Below are positions 27,976 to 37,746 of a stretch of DNA of 64,000 nucleotides, in pieces. The stretch is taken from positions 1,632,001 to 1,696,000 of the forward strand of contig CAWIKF010000002.1 in assembly GCA_963836755.1 (NCBI GenBank), in the 5' to 3' direction. Each line of letters opens with the position of its first letter. Within the stretch, counting starts at the first letter, position 1. The translations under genes and the position numbers were made by a program. Source of the stretch: an uncultured Verrucomicrobiae bacterium. Its GTDB lineage: Bacteria; Verrucomicrobiota; Verrucomicrobiia; Chthoniobacterales; Chthoniobacteraceae. The notes beneath the pieces were generated by a model that saw only the letters and a list, made by a program, of their open reading frames with translations, had not been told where the DNA came from and did no database searches.

Positions 27976-30900
27976 CTAGTGCTTTGGAACGTGGACAGTG
28001 GCTGGGGGCGAGATGCCCCCTGCATTGACTGCTGTGACCTGATAGGAATAATCCGCATCTTCGTTCAATCCTTTCACCTTGGCATTTTTGTCAGTGTTGC
28101 CCTTGTCAGTGTAAGTGGTCTCAACGAGCGCCGTCAAAAAGTTCTCGGGCCATTTGAACGAAATGTCAGATCCTGTGGACCGGTAGATGACGTAGCCAGC
28201 TGCTCCCGGAACGGGAGACCAACTAATGGTGATTACGTTTCCATTTCTGGTCTTTGCCCAGTGCCCTGAGAGGGAGGCGGGCGCAGCAGTGGGCGCGTCC
28301 GGTAATGGAACGGCAGTGACTGCTGCCGAAGGCGAGCTCGACCCGCTGGCGTTGTTCGCAGTGAGATAGTAGCTGTAAATCCTGCCGTCTGTTGGAGAGC
28401 TATCGGTATAGCTACTGCCAGTAACCGCGTCACTGAGAAGAATCGTTCCTATTGGGTAGTCACCCCCGACGCCATCTTTATGAAGCGTAGTGCGCCAGAC
28501 AGAATAGTAGTTCGCTGCAGGTGAAGCGTTCCAACTCAAGGCTACAAGGTGATGCCCCGAGTTCGTAATTTTTACCGCTTCAGGAGCGAGTGGTGCGGCT
28601 GTCGGGTTTCCTGACGAAGGGCTCGCGCCGGCGCTCGCAGGAGAGTTAATGCTATGCCCGTTTGAGTTCACCGACTGCACGACGTAATGATATTCTGAGC
28701 CATTGGCCGCAGAAGTATCGGTGAAGGTCGCGATGCTAGGACCGCTACCGCACACGGGAGCAACATTTCCGGCGGCAATGGTAACATAGTCCGTGCCGGG
28801 GGATTTAGCGCGTAGAATATTATAGCTTGTCGCTCCTGGAACCAAGGGCCAGCAAACCAAAGCTTTGTTACTCCCCGCAAAAGTCCCCACACCTAACGGC
28901 GCAGGTGGAACGTAGCCCGAAAGCTCCAGCCTCAGGTAATCGACCATGAGATAGCACGTCATACTTTTGGCATTCATCTGGAGCGCAACAGTATTTGTGC
29001 CCGCGTGCAGCATCGTCGCCGGAAAGTTGATTCGCTCGTCAGAGAAGGGACCGTGATCGCCGAAGTGGATGCTGCTGTCATCGGAATATTGGGGCGGGGG
29101 ATCGAAGCCAGCAGCAGTGATCGCATTTGGAGCCGCGACCACGCCTTGCGCATCTCCAAGGTTAGCGCCGTTGACACTGACGATGGTATGGCCGCCGTCG
29201 TCCCCAGCGCAGGCGATATAAAGCGAGGCCTTTGCTCCATTTGCAGGCGCTTGTGCGAGATTGAAAGTAATCGTGCCAGTGCAAGGTAGATAAGCGCCGG
29301 TTGCATCGGCCCGTGCAGGCAGAACGTAATTCCAGTCCTTCGTCCACTGACTTTTGCCGACGGTGTAGTTCATGCCATCGGGGAAGTCCAAGGGGAACTC
29401 CATCTGCCCGCCCCAGACGGGTGTCGGATAACCCAACTTTGCGGGCGTGCCAGGGTTCCAGAAGTCCTCGCCGTGACGGAACTCACTCGACTTACGATCC
29501 GGATAACCTAGCTCAAAAACGGTCGCGCCGACACGAGTCGGTGTCCAAGTCACATCTCCCAAAGGCACCGTTTCGCCCGTCTTTACGGCGACGCTGAACG
29601 GCTTTGCGGGCAAGTTTAACTCCAAGGGCGGGTTACCGCCCGTTAGATTTTGCGAGATGAAAGTTCCAGCAACTCCGCCCCCATACCCCCAGAGTGTGTA
29701 GTTCTGGTCTGGTATCACGTTGGGAATAGTGAAGTTTCCATTCGCGTCCGTCTGCACCCAGAACTGATATGGTTTGAGCCACTTTTGAAAGTCATAGGCA
29801 TTCGTGTAGGTCGGAGGCTGCTTTTCGAGACCCACCCAGATTCCTGCGGCGGAGGCATTCGGATTCCCGCTGTCATTGATGATGAACTTTCCAGTGACTG
29901 TTCCCCGCTCCGAAGCCGGGACAAAGTCGGCGCTTTTAAACCATTTGTAAGGCCATGCTTTTTTCTCAGCGTCAGCTTGAGCCAATGCGTCGCGGTAAAG
30001 CATTTGTGCAGCCTGACTGGCGCCGGTGACGGTCGAAGAAACGTTGTTGAGATAGATGAACCATGGGCCGCAAGTCTTGCTCCAGACCTCACCTTTCGCG
30101 AAGCGCCCATCGGATCCCATGCCGAGTTCGCCGGTGAGGATGGAGTTATTTAGCTCGCTGTAGGGATAAACCGAAACGTCGCGCTTCATCGGACCGCCAT
30201 CGCTGAACTCCATCGTCGTCATCATCCAACGGCCGATGTTTTTGCCGCCGGGGCCGACGCTGCTCCAGCCCCACGCCCGCAGGTCCGCATGGTCCTGACC
30301 ATAAATGAATTTGTCGGCATAGGTGCCCGCTTGCGCTCCATCGAGATTTACCGTGATTTCGTGCGGTGAGTCTGGAACTTTGGCTCCTTTTTTGCTCGGA
30401 ACACCTATGAAGAAATTGCGCTTTGCGTCCGCGCTGAGCCAGTTGAAATCACCAGGAACGCGTGTGACCACGCCCCATGCGCCGACCTCGTCCGCAGGAG
30501 CCTTCGTCGCCGGATCATGATGGGCTTGCTCATCCTGAGCCCGGTGGGTCATCGTCGCGGTGGAGTAGAAGCCTGGCGAGCCACGGAGCATGGAGAAATG
30601 GATTTCCATGGTCCCGTTAGTCTCCGAAGTGCTCATCAGCTTCACGTCTCCATAGCTGCCCCCATTCGTGGACGGGTCCGTTCCCAGTGAGTAGTCAAAG
30701 GTTCCGCTGCCGAGGCTAAACCCACCATAGTAATACTGTCCCTTGCCGCTGAGTGTTTCCGCGGTTTTTGTAGTTCCCTCGCTCGTATAGGTATAGGTCA
30801 GCGAATTGAGGCGGCCGGTTTTTTTAACAATGACAATGGATGCAATGCCGTTTGCGAGGGTCACAGTGCCATCGTTATTGTCGGTCACCGTCACGTTCGG

Positions 30901-31101
30901 GCCACTTCCCGTGCCGCCGCCTGCGACATTTGAAAGCGCGTCACAGGTGACGAAGGCGAACCCGATGCTTATGATGACGCATCGCGTCAGAAGCTTCTTG
31001 ATCCAACTTTCGCCGCGACACAAAGCATCGACATAAAGAGGAGACGGTTTGTTGAAGTAAAAGTTCGCGGCGTGTTTTTTGAGGGGACAGAATTTTAGCA
31101 T
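27976..31101 (-). CDS. Polysaccharide lyase family 4 (rhamnogalacturonan lyase)-like protein with C-terminal Fn3 repeats
   Basis: MLRGSPGFY, WSKTCGPWFIYLN, WPYKW, ERGTVTG, YQFWVQTDANGNFTIPNV, FELGYPDR, VDYLRLE; three Fn3-like W..VPGA..Y units; start uncertain. Confidence 0.82.
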   Translation of the reverse strand: MLKFCPLKKHAANFYFNKPSPLYVDALCRGESWIKKLLTRCVIISIGFAFVTCDALSNVAGGGTGSGPNVTVTDNNDGTVTLANGIASIVIVKKTGRLNSLTYTYTSEGTTKTAETLSGKGQYYYGGFSLGSGTFDYSLGTDPSTNGGSYGDVKLMSTSETNGTMEIHFSMLRGSPGFYSTATMTHRAQDEQAHHDPATKAPADEVGAWGVVTRVPGDFNWLSADAKRNFFIGVPSKKGAKVPDSPHEITVNLDGAQAGTYADKFIYGQDHADLRAWGWSSVGPGGKNIGRWMMTTMEFSDGGPMKRDVSVYPYSELNNSILTGELGMGSDGRFAKGEVWSKTCGPWFIYLNNVSSTVTGASQAAQMLYRDALAQADAEKKAWPYKWFKSADFVPASERGTVTGKFIINDSGNPNASAAGIWVGLEKQPPTYTNAYDFQKWLKPYQFWVQTDANGNFTIPNVIPDQNYTLWGYGGGVAGTFISQNLTGGNPPLELNLPAKPFSVAVKTGETVPLGDVTWTPTRVGATVFELGYPDRKSSEFRHGEDFWNPGTPAKLGYPTPVWGGQMEFPLDFPDGMNYTVGKSQWTKDWNYVLPARADATGAYLPCTGTITFNLAQAPANGAKASLYIACAGDDGGHTIVSVNGANLGDAQGVVAAPNAITAAGFDPPPQYSDDSSIHFGDHGPFSDERINFPATMLHAGTNTVALQMNAKSMTCYLMVDYLRLELSGYVPPAPLGVGTFAGSNKALVCWPLVPGATSYNILRAKSPGTDYVTIAAGNVAPVCGSGPSIATFTDTSAANGSEYHYVVQSVNSNGHSINSPASAGASPSSGNPTAAPLAPEAVKITNSGHHLVALSWNASPAANYYSVWRTTLHKDGVGGDYPIGTILLSDAVTGSSYTDSSPTDGRIYSYYLTANNASGSSSPSAAVTAVPLPDAPTAAPASLSGHWAKTRNGNVITISWSPVPGAAGYVIYRSTGSDISFKWPENFLTALVETTYTDKGNTDKNAKVKGLNEDADYSYQVTAVNAGGISPPATVHVPKH

Positions 31102-31517
31102 CTTGAAGTTTTTTGTTGTTCCATCTAGGCGGTATTTCTTCCTCCCGTCAAATGCATTTCTCCATCAGCGGACGGAGCGCCGTCATTCGAGCTGCCGAAA
31201 ATCCGATTGGTTCCGGCTACGCCGTCAACGTAGGCAGCTGCGATTTCGCTCGTCATCCGACCTTTCTAAGCCGCGCTCTATCAATGCCTCCTAGCTCCTA
31301 CTTTATTGAGTGATGTCGACGGAGAGTGTGCGGCCCGGATGTATACCACACCGACGTCCGGGTGTAGTGACTGAACCAATCCAACGTGAGCCTTTGACTC
31401 CATTTCGCATATTGAGATCGTGGTAGGTGGTGAGATAGTCTTGCAAATAGGAGCAAAACCTAAGAAAGAGTGGGCTCCGCAACGCCAGGATCGTCCATGA
31501 CCACTCCGCAATTACTA

Positions 31518-34085
31518 ATGGAAAAACACGTTCCCCTCAAAATCTGCATCTTCTTACTTTTCCCTTTCCTTGCTTTCGCACAGGCCGAGGAAAATTCTCT
31601 CCGTCACACGGAACTACTCAATGGCTCACGCTGGCAATTTATTGGCGCGGGAGCCGCAGACGCATTGCCTGAAATAGGATCGCCTGCTTTTAAGCAGGCC
31701 GCATGGAAAGATGTGAGCATCCCTCACATTTTTCAAACACGCGCCGCTTATGATACTTTGACCAAAGGCTGGTATCGCCGCCGGTTGACGATCGATCCTT
31801 CGGCGAAGGGAGAGGAGCTCTACCTTGTCTTTGAAGGTGCGGCCAGCATTGCCGATGTCTATGTCAATGGCCAGCATCTCGGCCAGCATCGCGGCGCTTA
31901 TACTCGATTCATTTTCGATGCGACTCAGGCGGTCCATTCCGGCTCGGACAATGAACTGGCTATTCGCGTGGATGACACTCCGGACAACACCCTGGACTGT
32001 CTGCCCATTAGTAAGACTGGCCTTTATAAAGTTTGGGGCGGACTTTACCGAAACGTCTGGCTCTTGGAGACGGCGCCAGTGCACATTGACCCTACTGACT
32101 ATGCCTCGCCCGGTGTGTATCTCACACCCAAGGATGTCACGAAAGACTCAGCGACTCTCAACATCCGGGCGTTGTTACAAAATACTTCGGGCAACAATGT
32201 TCACGCGCTGGTGCGCTTTCGCATCCTGGATCCGATGGGAAAGGAAATAAGCAGCGCCAGCAAGCTCTCCGCGCCTGCCGAGATTCCCGCCAATGGGCGT
32301 AGCTCCGTCGAGTTATCGACAGTCATCGATCACCCGCAGCTCTGGCAGGCATTGCACGCCGCAGTCTATCACGTAGAGACGACCGTCTCGGTGGATGGCA
32401 AAGACATGGATGAAGTCACGCAGCCCACTGGCTTTCGATGGCTGGAGTGGGATTGGACGGATGGGACCGTGAAGCTCAATGGCCAGCGCATTATTCTCTA
32501 CGGCGTCGATCTTCATCAAGAGACGGAGGCGGCGGGATCAGCAGTATCGCCCAACGACTTGAAGGCAAACTTTGCCGTGATGCAGGACTTGGGAAACAAC
32601 TTTGTCCGACTTCCACATTATCCTCATGCCAGTCTCGAATACGATCTTGCCGATCAGGATGGCATTCTATGCTGGGCGGAAAACGGCCATAGCAATCGCA
32701 AGGACATCGTCAGCCCTACGGCCGCACAAATCACGACTGAAATGGTAAAGCAGAACTATAACCATCCTTCGATCGTCTTCTGGAGCATGGGCAATGAGTC
32801 GAATGCGGCGGTCGCCGATGAGTGTGTGCCCGTGGCCAAGGCCCTTGATTCCACCCGCCCCGTGGTAGTCGCGAATATGGCATCGACGCTGGCGGACTTC
32901 CACACCGCCCATTCCTACCAGGGGTGGTATGGACCCAGCATGACCGGTTTCAAGCCAAAGGGTTTCATGACCGAAGTCGGCATAGGAGGAGTCGTGACCA
33001 CACACTGCGACTATGACAAAGCTAACTGGCAGACTAATAAGTATGAACCCGAGGAATACCAGCAAATCGGCGCCGAGTATCATTTTCAACAGGCGTTTCA
33101 CGGCGATGACAGCCATCTCGGCCTATTCTGCTGGTGGATACTGCGCGACTTCAGTGATGAGAAATACAAAGCCCCCGTCGGCTGGAACACCAAGGGGCTC
33201 GAGACCTATTCGCAATCGAAAAAGGACATCTACTATTTATATCGCGATTTTCTTCGGCCCAATACTCCCAGCGTCTGGATCACATCGAAACGCTATTTCC
33301 TAAGACAAGGCTCCGTGGAAAATGGAATCAAAGTCTATTCCAACGCCCCTAGTGTCTCATTGATTCTAAACGGGCAAAAAATCTCCACGCTTCCCAATGG
33401 GAAATACGTCATCCCCGATGGCCCATGGTCGCTCAAGGTGGAAAAACCGAGGAAAGACAAGGACGGAAACCTAAGACCTGCTCCTACGCCGAAACCTTAC
33501 ACAGCGGAAAAGGTCGACAACGTTTTCTATTGGCCGGTGCCAATGCGCACGGGGAAAAATATCGTCACCGCATCGGACGAGCAGGGGCACAGCGATACTG
33601 CGACCATCTACTTTTACGGCGAGAAAGGAGCACCGGAACTGCCGGTGGCATCGCCTTTGATCAAAGACCTCACCAGCTCGAATCCGCAGAACAAGGCTTA
33701 CTACATGGATATGCCAGTCCAGGCGCAATGGCCTGTTTACTACGATCTCGATTCGACCGCCGACAACTCGCTCAACACCATTCCAGCCTCAGTGGAGGGA
33801 GCCACGTGGATTGCGCTTCGCAGAGTGACGAAGCCAGAGCAGGTCACTGACGTGAGCTTCACTCTCAACCGTCCTGCAACCGTCTCGGTCCTCTGCACGA
33901 AGGCGGATACAGCACCCGCGTGGCTTGTGAGCGCCGGCTTCACTCAAACAACTACCGACCCGATCGACTGGCGCAACAACGACCTGCAGCTGATCCCGGC
34001 AGAACTTTATTCGCGTCACTTTGCCGCGGGCGAAACGGTAAAGCTCTCGATGGGCGAGCGTGACGCGTTGATCCTGCTGAAGTAA
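31518..34085 (+). CDS. GH2 glycoside hydrolase (beta-galactosidase/glucuronidase-like)
   Basis: GWYRR, FEGA, H.G.YT.F, GGLYRNV, VRLPHYP, HPSIVFWSMGNE, TEVG. Confidence 0.92.
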   Translation: MEKHVPLKICIFLLFPFLAFAQAEENSLRHTELLNGSRWQFIGAGAADALPEIGSPAFKQAAWKDVSIPHIFQTRAAYDTLTKGWYRRRLTIDPSAKGEELYLVFEGAASIADVYVNGQHLGQHRGAYTRFIFDATQAVHSGSDNELAIRVDDTPDNTLDCLPISKTGLYKVWGGLYRNVWLLETAPVHIDPTDYASPGVYLTPKDVTKDSATLNIRALLQNTSGNNVHALVRFRILDPMGKEISSASKLSAPAEIPANGRSSVELSTVIDHPQLWQALHAAVYHVETTVSVDGKDMDEVTQPTGFRWLEWDWTDGTVKLNGQRIILYGVDLHQETEAAGSAVSPNDLKANFAVMQDLGNNFVRLPHYPHASLEYDLADQDGILCWAENGHSNRKDIVSPTAAQITTEMVKQNYNHPSIVFWSMGNESNAAVADECVPVAKALDSTRPVVVANMASTLADFHTAHSYQGWYGPSMTGFKPKGFMTEVGIGGVVTTHCDYDKANWQTNKYEPEEYQQIGAEYHFQQAFHGDDSHLGLFCWWILRDFSDEKYKAPVGWNTKGLETYSQSKKDIYYLYRDFLRPNTPSVWITSKRYFLRQGSVENGIKVYSNAPSVSLILNGQKISTLPNGKYVIPDGPWSLKVEKPRKDKDGNLRPAPTPKPYTAEKVDNVFYWPVPMRTGKNIVTASDEQGHSDTATIYFYGEKGAPELPVASPLIKDLTSSNPQNKAYYMDMPVQAQWPVYYDLDSTADNSLNTIPASVEGATWIALRRVTKPEQVTDVSFTLNRPATVSVLCTKADTAPAWLVSAGFTQTTTDPIDWRNNDLQLIPAELYSRHFAAGETVKLSMGERDALILLK

Positions 34086-34144
34086 GGAAGAAATTCTGCT
34101 ACAAGGCCGAGTTCGGCGCGTCTCTAACTACTTTTCGACCCATC

Positions 34145-34376
34145 GGAGATGTTTTGAAAAGAAGCACTTACTTTTCTGAGAAAAGTAGGGAAGTTTCAGC
34201 TGAAAGTAGGCAACTTCTCTGAAAAAGTAAGGAAGTTTGCGGCAAAACGAGCGAAGTTTCCTTCGGACTTGAAGGCTTTTCTGGAAGAAACAGTGGACTT
34301 TTCTTCTTCGGCATCTCCTTTTCTGGAAAAAGGAACTACTTTCCGACGCAAGTAACCAAGTTTCCGGCTGAACAAC
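34145..34376. repeat. Degenerate 21-bp-period tandem repeat (~10-11 units)
   Basis: aaagta at 34182, 34203 and 34224; units agggaagtttcagctgaaagt / aggcaacttctctgaaaaagt / aaggaagtttgcggcaaaacg / agcgaagtttccttcggactt ... Confidence 0.7.
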
Positions 34377-34441
34377 ACAGCGCATTGTTCCCTTTAGATT
34401 GCTCTTGCGCACCGTCCGTAAAGCGCCCATTCATTTTCCAA

Positions 34442-36676
34442 ATGAGTCCTCTCTCTCCCTACGCCCGCTTCGTCGCTCTCCTTATCCTACTGCTAAACTT
34501 TCACGCGTTTGCGGCGGAGAATGCCGACAGCGCGGCCGACATTTACAAGGATGCGTCCCAGCCGGTGGAGGCGCGCATCGCGGATCTTCTGCCGCGTTTG
34601 ACGCTGGATGAAAAGATCGAACTCATCGGCGGCGCATCTTTCATGACGACTCATGCGATCCCGCGTCTTGGAATCCCGGAGTTCCGCATGTCGGACGGAC
34701 CTTTCGGTGTGCGAGACGTGAATCGGGAAGGATCGAAGCAGGTGCCGACGCGCGTTTATGCCGGAGGAATGGCGCTGGCTGCATCGTGGGATGCCGGGCT
34801 GGCGCACAAAGTCGGCGCCGCGATTGGACGCGATTGCCGCGCGCGTGGCATCAATATCTTTCTCGGGCCCGGCATGAACCTTTACCGCGCGCCTTTCAGC
34901 GGACGGAACTTCGAGTATTTCGGCGAAGACCCGCTGCTGACGGGCGTGATTGCCAGCGGCTACATCCAGGGAGTGCAATCGCAAGGTGTGGCGGCGACGA
35001 TGAAACACTTTGTCGCGAACGAACAGGAACTCAATCGGCATAATATCAGCTCTGATGTGGACGAGCGGACCTTGCGCGAGCTTTATCTAAAGCCCTTCGA
35101 AATGGCGGTAGAAGCCGGCGTCTGGTGCGCGATGGACTCCTACAATCCGATCAATGGCATCCACGCGACCGAAAATGATTGGTTGAATAATAAGGTGCTC
35201 AAAGGCGACTGGGGCTTCAAAGGTGTGTTGATGTCGGATTGGTGGTCGATGGTTAGCACGCTCGCTTCGGCGAATGGTGGACTCGATCTCGAGATGCCGG
35301 GAAAGCCGCAGTTCTTTAAGGTTGAAAAGCTGAAGCCATTGATTGACTCGGGGCAGGTGACCATGGCGACCGTTGACGACAAGGTGCGGCGGATTTTCCG
35401 CGTGGTCTTCTCAATGGGCTGGATGGATCGCCCGCAGTTCGACTCTTCCATCCCAATGGATGATCCGCAAAGCGACCAGGTGACACTCGAAGGCGCGCGC
35501 GAAGGAATTACTTTGCTAAAGAATACGGGCAACCTTCTTCCGCTGAACCTTGCGAAGGTGAAGAAGATTGTCGTCCTTGGCCGCAACGCCGATCCAGCCA
35601 TAGCTGTCGGCGGTGGCAGTGCGCATATCGATTACATGCATGGCAAGAGTCTGTTGGATGGCCTCAAGGAGCTAGCTGGTGATGGCGTGGAGATCATTCG
35701 AATCCCTTGGAGCACCATGCCCGCGGGAACTGATTTCTCCAAGCCGTCAAAAACACCGTTTGCGCTTACGGCTTATGGCGCGCCGGGAAATCCAGCGCTT
35801 CCGCAGGATTTTGTGGACGCCATTAAGTCGGCGGATGCTGCCGTGATTTGCGTAGGCTTCAACGACAATGTCAAAGACTACTGGCAGTCCGATCACGCGC
35901 GGCCCGATGCGGAAGGTGAGGATATAGATCGCACCTATCAATTGCCTCCGGGTCAGGTGGAAGTCATCAAGGCGGTGTGCAAGCTAAATCCCAAGGTAGT
36001 CGTTGTGCTTAACGCCGGGGGGAGTGTGGAAACGAAGGATTGGATCGGCGATGTGCCTGTTCTGCTTGATGCTTACTATCCCGGACAGTTTGGAGGCACC
36101 GCAATTGCAGAAGTTCTTTTTGGAAAAATTAATCCATCGGGCAAGCTGCCATTCTCTTGGGAAACGGGTTGGGAAGATTCCGCCGCCTACGGCCACTTCC
36201 CGACCGCGTCGTCAAAAGACAACACTTACAAGGAAGGAGTTTTTCTAGGATACCGCTGGTTCGACAGCAAAGGCATCGAACCACTCTTCCCCTTTGGCCT
36301 CGGTCTCAGCTATACAAAGTTCGAGTATTCAGAACTGGACCTACAAGCTTCCGGCAACGGTGATTTCAAAGCGAGGTTTACAGTCACAAATAAAGGCGAC
36401 GTAGCAGGCGCGGAAGTTGCACAGCTTTATGTGGCGCCGCCGCAAGCGTCGGTTCCACGTCCCGTCCATGAGCTGAAAGGTTTCACGCGACTCGATCTGC
36501 AGCCCGGCGAGAGCAAATCTGCAAGCATCGTGGTTGCGGCGAAAGATTTGGGCTATTGGGACTCTTCGTTGAAGAAGTGGAAAGTAACCGCCGGCAAATA
36601 CAAGATTGAGGTAGGTTCTTCATCGCGGGACTTGTCGCTGCTCGGTGAGGTTGCGGAAGCCGCAATCGATGAGTAG
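34442..36676 (+). CDS. GH3 beta-glucosidase with C-terminal Fn3-like domain
   Basis: DGP.GVR, GRNFEYFGEDP, KHF, LRELYL, MSDW nucleophile, PSGKLPFSW, EVAQLYV, ELKGF. Confidence 0.94.
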   Translation: MSPLSPYARFVALLILLLNFHAFAAENADSAADIYKDASQPVEARIADLLPRLTLDEKIELIGGASFMTTHAIPRLGIPEFRMSDGPFGVRDVNREGSKQVPTRVYAGGMALAASWDAGLAHKVGAAIGRDCRARGINIFLGPGMNLYRAPFSGRNFEYFGEDPLLTGVIASGYIQGVQSQGVAATMKHFVANEQELNRHNISSDVDERTLRELYLKPFEMAVEAGVWCAMDSYNPINGIHATENDWLNNKVLKGDWGFKGVLMSDWWSMVSTLASANGGLDLEMPGKPQFFKVEKLKPLIDSGQVTMATVDDKVRRIFRVVFSMGWMDRPQFDSSIPMDDPQSDQVTLEGAREGITLLKNTGNLLPLNLAKVKKIVVLGRNADPAIAVGGGSAHIDYMHGKSLLDGLKELAGDGVEIIRIPWSTMPAGTDFSKPSKTPFALTAYGAPGNPALPQDFVDAIKSADAAVICVGFNDNVKDYWQSDHARPDAEGEDIDRTYQLPPGQVEVIKAVCKLNPKVVVVLNAGGSVETKDWIGDVPVLLDAYYPGQFGGTAIAEVLFGKINPSGKLPFSWETGWEDSAAYGHFPTASSKDNTYKEGVFLGYRWFDSKGIEPLFPFGLGLSYTKFEYSELDLQASGNGDFKARFTVTNKGDVAGAEVAQLYVAPPQASVPRPVHELKGFTRLDLQPGESKSASIVVAAKDLGYWDSSLKKWKVTAGKYKIEVGSSSRDLSLLGEVAEAAIDE

Positions 36677-36726
36677 TTGCATGGTCTGGAAGTCACCTGA
36701 TCAAAGCTTTTTTTTGCTAACACAGA

Positions 36727-37686
36727 ATGAAAGCCACCAATCACGCACTCGTTTTTTTAGTGCTCGCTATCCGTGCCGGAGCCGGTGAGCCGGCTGAATA
36801 CGCACCGCCTGCTCCCGCCGCGAAAGTAGCCACTCTTCGCGAAACATGGCGGGACGCGGCGCGCGAACGTGACGTGCCGGTAAAGATTTACTATCCCGAA
36901 AAAAGCGCGTCGCCTGCGCCCGTCATTATTTTTTCGCACGGCCTCGGCGGCACGCGGGACGGTTACGCTTATCTTGGCGAGCGCTGGGCGGGCTGCGGAT
37001 ACATTTCGGTGCACGTGCAGCATCTCGGAAGCGACGACGCAGTTTGGCGCAAAGGCGGCCCCGGCGCGATGCGAGACGCGGTGCTCGACGTGCGCAATGC
37101 GATCAACCGATTGAAGGACGTTACGTTCGCCATTGATCGTGTGCTGGCGCTTAATGGCGACGCGAGCTCGCCTTTGCATGCGCGCGCCGATGCCGAGCAC
37201 ATCGGCATCGCTGGTCACTCGTTCGGTGGCTGGACCACACTCGCGGCGACGGGCGAGCGATTGCCTCTCGTCGGCGACACTCTTGCCGATCCGCGGCTCA
37301 AGGCGGGAATTGCGATGAGTCCGCCGGTGCCCAAATTGCCGACGGAACGGGCGACCGCATTTGCCGACATCAAAGTTCCGATCTTCGTCATGACAGGAAC
37401 GCTCGACAACAGCCCGCTCGGCGAAACTGCCGCGGACGAAAGGCGCATCGCCTTTGACAAAATTAAAACGCCCGGCTCCTGCCTGCTCATTTTCAAAGGC
37501 GCCGACCACATGAGCTTCGCCATCCAAAGGAATAAGAATGACGCGAATTTCCATGCGCTCATCAATGACGCGTCGACGGCATTTTGGGATGCGCATCTGC
37601 GCGGGAACGCGGCCGCGGCGAAGTGGCTCGAGCAAGGCGGCTTCGCATCGGAGCTCGACGGAAACGGGACCTTCGAAAGAAAATAG
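36727..37686 (+). CDS. Secreted alpha/beta hydrolase (dienelactone hydrolase/PAF-AH-like)
   Basis: FSHGLGG, GHSFGG nucleophile elbow, GTLD, ADHMSF. Confidence 0.88.
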   Translation: MKATNHALVFLVLAIRAGAGEPAEYAPPAPAAKVATLRETWRDAARERDVPVKIYYPEKSASPAPVIIFSHGLGGTRDGYAYLGERWAGCGYISVHVQHLGSDDAVWRKGGPGAMRDAVLDVRNAINRLKDVTFAIDRVLALNGDASSPLHARADAEHIGIAGHSFGGWTTLAATGERLPLVGDTLADPRLKAGIAMSPPVPKLPTERATAFADIKVPIFVMTGTLDNSPLGETAADERRIAFDKIKTPGSCLLIFKGADHMSFAIQRNKNDANFHALINDASTAFWDAHLRGNAAAAKWLEQGGFASELDGNGTFERK

Positions 37687-37746
37687 ACCGTCAACGGTTC
37701 TTGTCCGTTTGTATAACGCGATGTTCACTCGTTGCGTATAAAAATC

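Noticed and set aside
31113..31511. Short ORFs in the PL4/GH2 spacer
   Set aside because: No motifs or coding-like bias; treated as regulatory DNA
34145..34376. Possible CRISPR array
   Set aside because: Units are contiguous, degenerate 21-mers with no invariant repeat, no unique spacers and no cas genes
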